From an uncultured beta proteobacterium (GTDB taxonomy: Bacteria > Pseudomonadota > Gammaproteobacteria > Burkholderiales > Burkholderiaceae_C), in NCBI GenBank assembly GCA_963741125.1, contig CAVUGY010000017.1, forward strand, positions 35,786 through 99,785: a stretch of DNA of 64,000 nucleotides. The letters are read 5' to 3'. The notes below the pieces were generated by a model. It saw only the letters and a list, made by a program, of their open reading frames with translations, was not told the DNA's origin and did no database searches. Below are positions 57,180-64,000 of the stretch, piece after piece. The number at the start of each line of letters is the position of its first letter. The stretch's first letter is position 1. A program made the translations under genes and the position numbers.

Positions 57180-60031
57180 ATGGCTGTGACCACCGTCGCC
57201 CAGTTCGCCGCCGAGCTGAACCGCCCGGCCGCGACGCTGCTCGAGCAGCTGCAGTCGGCCGGCGTCGCCAAGAAGTCGACCGACGACGCGCTGACCGAGG
57301 CCGACAAGGAGCGCCTGCTCGACTTCCTGCGCAGCCAGCCACGGCACCGGCCAGCGGCGAGCGCAAGAAGATCACGCTGACGCGCAAGTCGCACCAGCGA
57401 GATCAAGCAGGCCGATGCCTCGCGGCAAGGCGCGCACGATCCAGGTCGAGGTGCGCAAGAAGCGCACCTTCGTCAAGCGCGACGAGGCGCCGGCGGCCGA
57501 CGAGCCGAGTCGACGCCGGCCGCGCCGGTGGTCGACGAAGCCGAACTCGCGCGCCGCGAGGAAGAGGCCCGCCGCAGGCCGAGCTGCTGCGCCGCCAGGA
57601 AGAAGAGCTGGCCGAGAAGCGCCGCCAGCGCGAAGAACAGGAGCAGCGCGACCGCGAGGCCGCCGAGGCGCGCGGGCGCCGAGGCCGCAGCGGCCAAGGC
57701 CGCCAGCGCGACGGCGGCCGCGGCACGCCCGTCGGCACAAGGCCGAAGGCCGCCGCCGCGCGGCTGCCAGCGCCGTCGCCGCACCGGCCGAGCCCGCCAA
57801 GCCCGCGCTGCGCGTGGTCAAGGCCGCCGACGTCGAGGCCGCCGAGAAGCAGCGCGCCGACCGATCTGGAACGCGCCGCAAGGCGGCCGAGACCGAAGCC
57901 GCCGCGATCCGCGCGATGATGACCGCGCCGAAGAAGGTGCTGCTCGCCAAGAAGCCCGAAGAGGCCGCAGCCGGCGGCCGATCCAAGGCCGGCATCAAGG
58001 GCACGATCCACAAGCCGGCCAGGCGCGCCGGGCGCGCCCGCGGCGCCGGGCGCCGCCAAGCCGGGCGACAAGAAGTCGGTCAAGTCCGAGAAGCTGTCGT
58101 CGAGCTGGGCCGACGACGCGGCCAAGAAGCGCGCGCTGAAGACCCGCGGCGACACCGGCGGCGGTCTCGCCCGGGCTGGCGCGCGCCCGCGCGGCCGCGG
58201 CCGCGGCGACCGCAGCGACGACCAATGGCTCGACCTTCGTCGCCGCCGGCCGAGGCGGTGAGCCAGGAAGTGCACGTGCCCGAGACCATCACGCGTGGCC
58301 GATCTGGCGCACAAGATGTCGGTCAAGGCCTCCGAGGTCATCAAGCAGCTGATGAAGCTCGGCCAGATGGTCACCATCAACCAGCAGCTCGACCAGGAGA
58401 CGGCGATGATCGTGGTCGAGGAGATGGGCCACAAGGCGCTGTCGCGGCCAAGCTCGACGATCCGGAGGCCTTCCCCGAGGAAGAAGAGGCCGCACCAGGA
58501 CGGCCGAGCAGCTGCCGCGCGCGCCGGTCGTCACCGTGATGGGCCACGTCGACCACGGCAAGACCTCGCTGCTCGACTACATCCGCAGCGCGCCGCGTGG
58601 CGGCGGGCGAGGCCGGCGGCATCACGCAGCACATCGGCGCCTACCACGTGCGAGACGCCGCGCGGCATGATCACCTTCCTCGACACCCCGGGCCACGCCG
58701 CGTTCACCGCGATGCGCGCGCGCGGCGCCAAGGCCACCGACATCGTGATCCTGGTGGTGGCCGCCGACGACGGCGTGATGCCGCAGACCAAGGAAGCCAT
58801 CCACCACGCCAAGGCGGCCGGCGTGCCGATCGTCGTGGCGATGAACAAGATCGACAAGCCCGAGGCCAACCTCGAGCGCGTGAAGAGCGAGCTGGTCGCC
58901 GAGCAGGTCGTGCCCGAAGACTTCGGCGGCGATTCGCCGTTCGTGCCGGTGTCGGCCAAGACCGGCCAGGGCATCGACACGCTGCTCGAGCAGGTGCTGC
59001 TGCAGGCCGAGGTGCTGGAGCTGAAGGCGCCGCGCGATGCCATGGCCAAGGGCCTGGTGATCGAAGCCCAGCTCGACAAGGGCCGCGGCCCGGTGGCGAC
59101 GGTGCTGGTGCAGTCGCGGCACGCTCGAAGCGCGGCGACGTCGTGCTGGCCGGCTCGAGCTACGGCCGCGTGCGCGCCATGCTCGACGAAGACGGCAAGC
59201 CGATCAACGAAGCCGGGCCCGTCGATCCCGGTCGAGATCCAGGGCCTGACCGAAGTGCCGCAGGCCGGCGACGAGTTCATGGTGCTTGGCCGACGAGCGC
59301 CGGGCGCGCGAGATCGCCACCTTCCGCCAGGGCAAGTACCGCGACGTCAAGCTGGCCAAGCGCCAGGCCGCCAAGCTCGAGAACATGTTCGACAACATGG
59401 GCGCAGGGCGCCGCGCAGACGCTGTCGCTGATCATCAAGGCCGACGTGCAGGGTTCGCAGGAAGCGCTGGCGCAGTCGCTGCTCAAGCTGTCGACCGACG
59501 AGGTCAAGGTGCAGATCGTGCACGCCGCGGTCGGCGGCATCAGCGAGAGCGACATCAACCTGGCGATCGCGTCCAAGGCGGTGATCATCGGCTTCAACGT
59601 GCGCGCCGATGCCGGCGCGCGCAAGCTGGCCGAGAACAACGGCGTCGACATCCGCTACTACAACATCATCTACGACGCGGTCGACGAGGTGAAGGCGGCG
59701 ATGACCGGCATGCTGGCGCCCGAGCAGCGCGAAGAAGTCATCGGCACGGCCGAGATCCGCACCGGTGTTCGTGGCCTCGCAAGATCGGCACGGTCGCCGG
59801 CTGCATGGTCACGGCCGGGCATGGTGCGCCGCAGCGCGCGCTTCCGCCTGCTGCGCGACAACGTGGTGGTCTACACCGGCGAGCTCGAGTCGCTGCAAGC
59901 GCCTGAAGGACGACGTGCGCGAGGTCAAGGAAGGCTTCGAGTGCGGCATCAAGCTCAAGAACTACAACGACATCAAGGAAGGCGACCAGCTCGAGTTCTT
60001 CGAGGTCAAGGAAGTCGCCCGAACGCTGTAG
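57180..60031 (+). CDS. infB: Translation initiation factor IF-2; multiply frameshifted (e.g. around 58590-58660)
   Basis: [29 protein letters not shown]..; G domain ..[22 protein letters not shown][out-of-frame ~70 nt][72 protein letters not shown]..; C-term ..[31 protein letters not shown]. Confidence 0.85.
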
Positions 60032-60057
60032 AGCGGAGTTCGGCTCTCACCCGAGCC

Positions 60058-60096
60058 AACCCCGCCCTCCGCAAAGACGGCGGGGTTTGTTCTTTG
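60058..60096 (+). terminator. Hairpin + U-run between infB and rbfA (attenuator/terminator-like)
   Basis: AACCCCGCCCTCCGCAAAGACGGCGGGGTT followed by TGTTCTTT. Confidence 0.4.
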
Positions 60097-60113
60097 GGCC
60101 GAGGCAGACCACC

Positions 60114-60486
60114 ATGCACGCCACAAACAATCCATCCCCAACCGCGGCTTTCGCGTCGCCGACCAGATCCAGCGCGATCGTGGCCGAGCTGATCCGCGAG
60201 CTGAAGGATCCGCGCATCGGCATGGTCACGATCACACGCGGTCGAGGTGACGCCCGACTACGCGCACGCGACAGGTGCTTCTTCTCGCTGCTGGTCGGCG
60301 ACCCGGCCGAGTGCGAGACGGCGCTGAACGAGGCCGCGGGCTTCCTGCGCAACGGCCTGTTCAAGCGCCTGCAGATCCACACCGTGCCGACGCTGCACTT
60401 CCAGTTCGACCGCACCACCGAGCGCGCGGCCGAGCATGACCGCGCTGATCGCGCAAGGCCAACGCGACGCGCGCCAAGGACGACTG
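60114..60486 (+). CDS. rbfA: Ribosome-binding factor A; compensating frameshift pair around 60225-60275 and +1 near the C-terminus
   Basis: ..[21 protein letters not shown][shift]..[53 protein letters not shown]..; the expected C-terminal [14 protein letters not shown]-stop is recovered by removing one G. Confidence 0.75.
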
Positions 60487-60491
60487 AATCG

Positions 60492-61440
60492 ATGAACGCG
60501 CCAGCGCACGCGCGCGTCGCCGCGGCGCGCCGTGCACGGCGTGCTGCTGCTCGACAAGCCGCTGGGCCTGTCGAGCAACGACGCGTTGCAGAAGGCCAAG
60601 CGGCTGTTGCGCGCCGAGAAGGCCGGCCACACCGGCACGCTCGATCCGCTCGCGACCGGCCTGCTGCCGCTGTGCTTCGGCGCGGCGACCAAGTTCTCGC
60701 AGATCAGCCTCGACGCCGACAAGCGCTACCGCGCGACGCTGCACGCTGGGCGTGACGACGACCACCGGCGACGCCGAAGGCGAGGTGCTGCGGACGCGCG
60801 CCGTTGCACGTCGACCGCGCGCGACATCGAGGCCGCCTGCGCGCGCTTCACCGGCGCCGATCGCAGCAGGTGCCGCCGATGCACTCGGCGCTCAAGCACG
60901 ACGGCAAGCGCGCTGTACGACTACGCGCGCGCCGGCATCGAGGTCGAGCGCGCGCCGCGCGCGCGTCGACGATCCACGCGCCTCGACGTCGTCGACTGGC
61001 AGGACACGACGCTGGCGCTCGACGTCGCGTGCAGCAAGGGCACCTACATCCGCACGCTGGCCGAAGACATCGGCGAGGCGCTCGGCTGCGGCGCGCACCT
61101 GGCGGCGCTGCGCCGCACCGGCAGCGGCGCGCTCGACGCTGCGACGACGCGCTGCACGCTCGACGCGCTCGGCCGCGCTGGACGAAGCGCGAGCGCGACG
61201 CCGCGCTGCTGCCGCGCCGACGCGCTGCTCGCCGACTGGCCGCGTCGTGCGCCTGGACGCCGACGACGCCGGCCGCTTCCTGACCGGCCTGCGCCGCCGC
61301 GTCGCCGCTGCCCGACGCGCCCGCGTGCGCGTCTACGGCCCCGAGCCCAGGCGCCTTCCTCGGCAGCGGCCCACATCACGCGCCGGCGAACTGATTCCCG
61401 ACCGCCTGCTGAGCCCGCCGAAGTTGCAGGCGCCTGCTCG
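60492..61440 (+). CDS. truB: tRNA pseudouridine(55) synthase; multiply frameshifted
   Basis: ..[70 protein letters not shown].. (catalytic Asp in GTLDP); ..[12 protein letters not shown].., ..[33 protein letters not shown]..; the 3' end is approximate. Confidence 0.75.
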
Positions 61441-61458
61441 ATTCCTGAAAGCCCGACC

Positions 61459-63289
<1,831 letters not shown>

Positions 63290-63290
<1 letters not shown>

Positions 63291-64000
63291 CGCACCGCAG
63301 GGCGGTGGCCCTGATGATCGTCTGCACGCTGATGTGGAGCATCGCCGGCGTCGTCACGCGCCAGCTCGACGCGGCGCGCAGCTTCGAGGTCACGTTCTGG
63401 CGCAGCGTGTTCAACGCCGCTGGCGCTGTGCGATCGCGCTGCTGGCCATGCGCGGCGCCGCGGCGCTGTGGCGAGACATGCGCCGCGGCGGCGTCGCGCT
63501 GTGGGTCTCGGGCCTGTGCTGGGCGGTGATGTTCACCGCCTTCATGGTCGCGCTGACGCTGACCACGGTGGCCAACGTGCTGGTCACGATGGCCATGGCG
63601 CCGCTGGTCACGGCGCTGTTCGCGCGCGTCTTCCTGCAGCCACCGGCTGCCGGCGCGCACCTGGGTCGCGATCGCGCTGGCCGGCGCTCGGCATCGCCTG
63701 GATGTTCGGGCGCCAGGCGCTGGACAGCGGCGGCTCGATGACCGGCACGCTGGTCGCGCTCGGCGTGCCGATGGCCGCCGCCGCCAACTGGACGCTGCTG
63801 CAGCACCTGCACCAACGCCATGCCGCCGACGCGCGCATCGAAGAGCCACAGATGCTGCCCGCCGTGCTGCTGGGTGCCGCGATGTCGGCCGCGGTCGCCT
63901 TGCCGCTGGCGTTGCCGCTCTCGGCCAGCGCGCACGATTTGTCCTGGCTGGCACTGCTCGGCGTGGTGCAACTGGCCGTGCCGTGCCTGATCGTCGTGCG
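63290..64000 (+). CDS. EamA/DMT-family transporter (partial at window end), frameshifted
   Basis: [44 protein letters not shown]..; ..LWVSGLCWAVMFTAFMVALTLTTVANVLVTMAMAPLVTALFARVFL.. (frame 63268). Confidence 0.5.

Overview
High-GC (about 68%) chromosomal segment with betaproteobacterial (Burkholderiales-like) gene content and order. Conserved housekeeping clusters: exbB-exbD-lpxK-trm112-kdsB-adk, xseA, tRNA-Pro/tRNA-Arg followed by an M16 peptidase, lptF-lptG divergent from pepA-holC, and fabI / rimP-nusA-infB-rbfA-truB-typA. Accessory content: a yejABEF-like peptide ABC importer followed by two tandem paralogous TonB-dependent receptor genes that each carry a conserved ~150-nt leader; an ACAD + APH-family kinase pair; a FimV-like protein; a CysB-like LysR regulator with an aminotransferase and CbiX; a LivJ-like binding protein; a sugar ABC transporter + GH31 hydrolase + alpha/beta-hydrolase locus; a low-GC islet next to tRNA-Ser(GGA) carrying a membrane-anchored receiver-like protein and an SRAP (YedK) gene; DUF2237/SPFH/NfeD genes; a large Orn/Lys/Arg decarboxylase; and a COG2509-type FAD oxidoreductase. 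No CRISPR array, integrase, transposase or recognisable defence nuclease was found. A dominant feature is that many genes are interrupted by frameshifts, often as closely spaced compensating indel pairs. They are clustered in blocks (1-13 kb, 42-45.5 kb, 48.4-64 kb) and include essential genes (nusA, infB, truB, rbfA, fabI), whereas 13-41 kb is essentially intact. I read this as most likely sequence-quality artefacts rather than real pseudogenes, so all coordinates of broken genes are approximate. The most interesting biology is the conserved leader RNA before the TBDR paralogs, the yej-TBDR linkage, the tRNA-Ser islet with its novel TM+REC-like protein, and attenuator-like structures in the rimP-nusA-infB leader and the infB-rbfA spacer.
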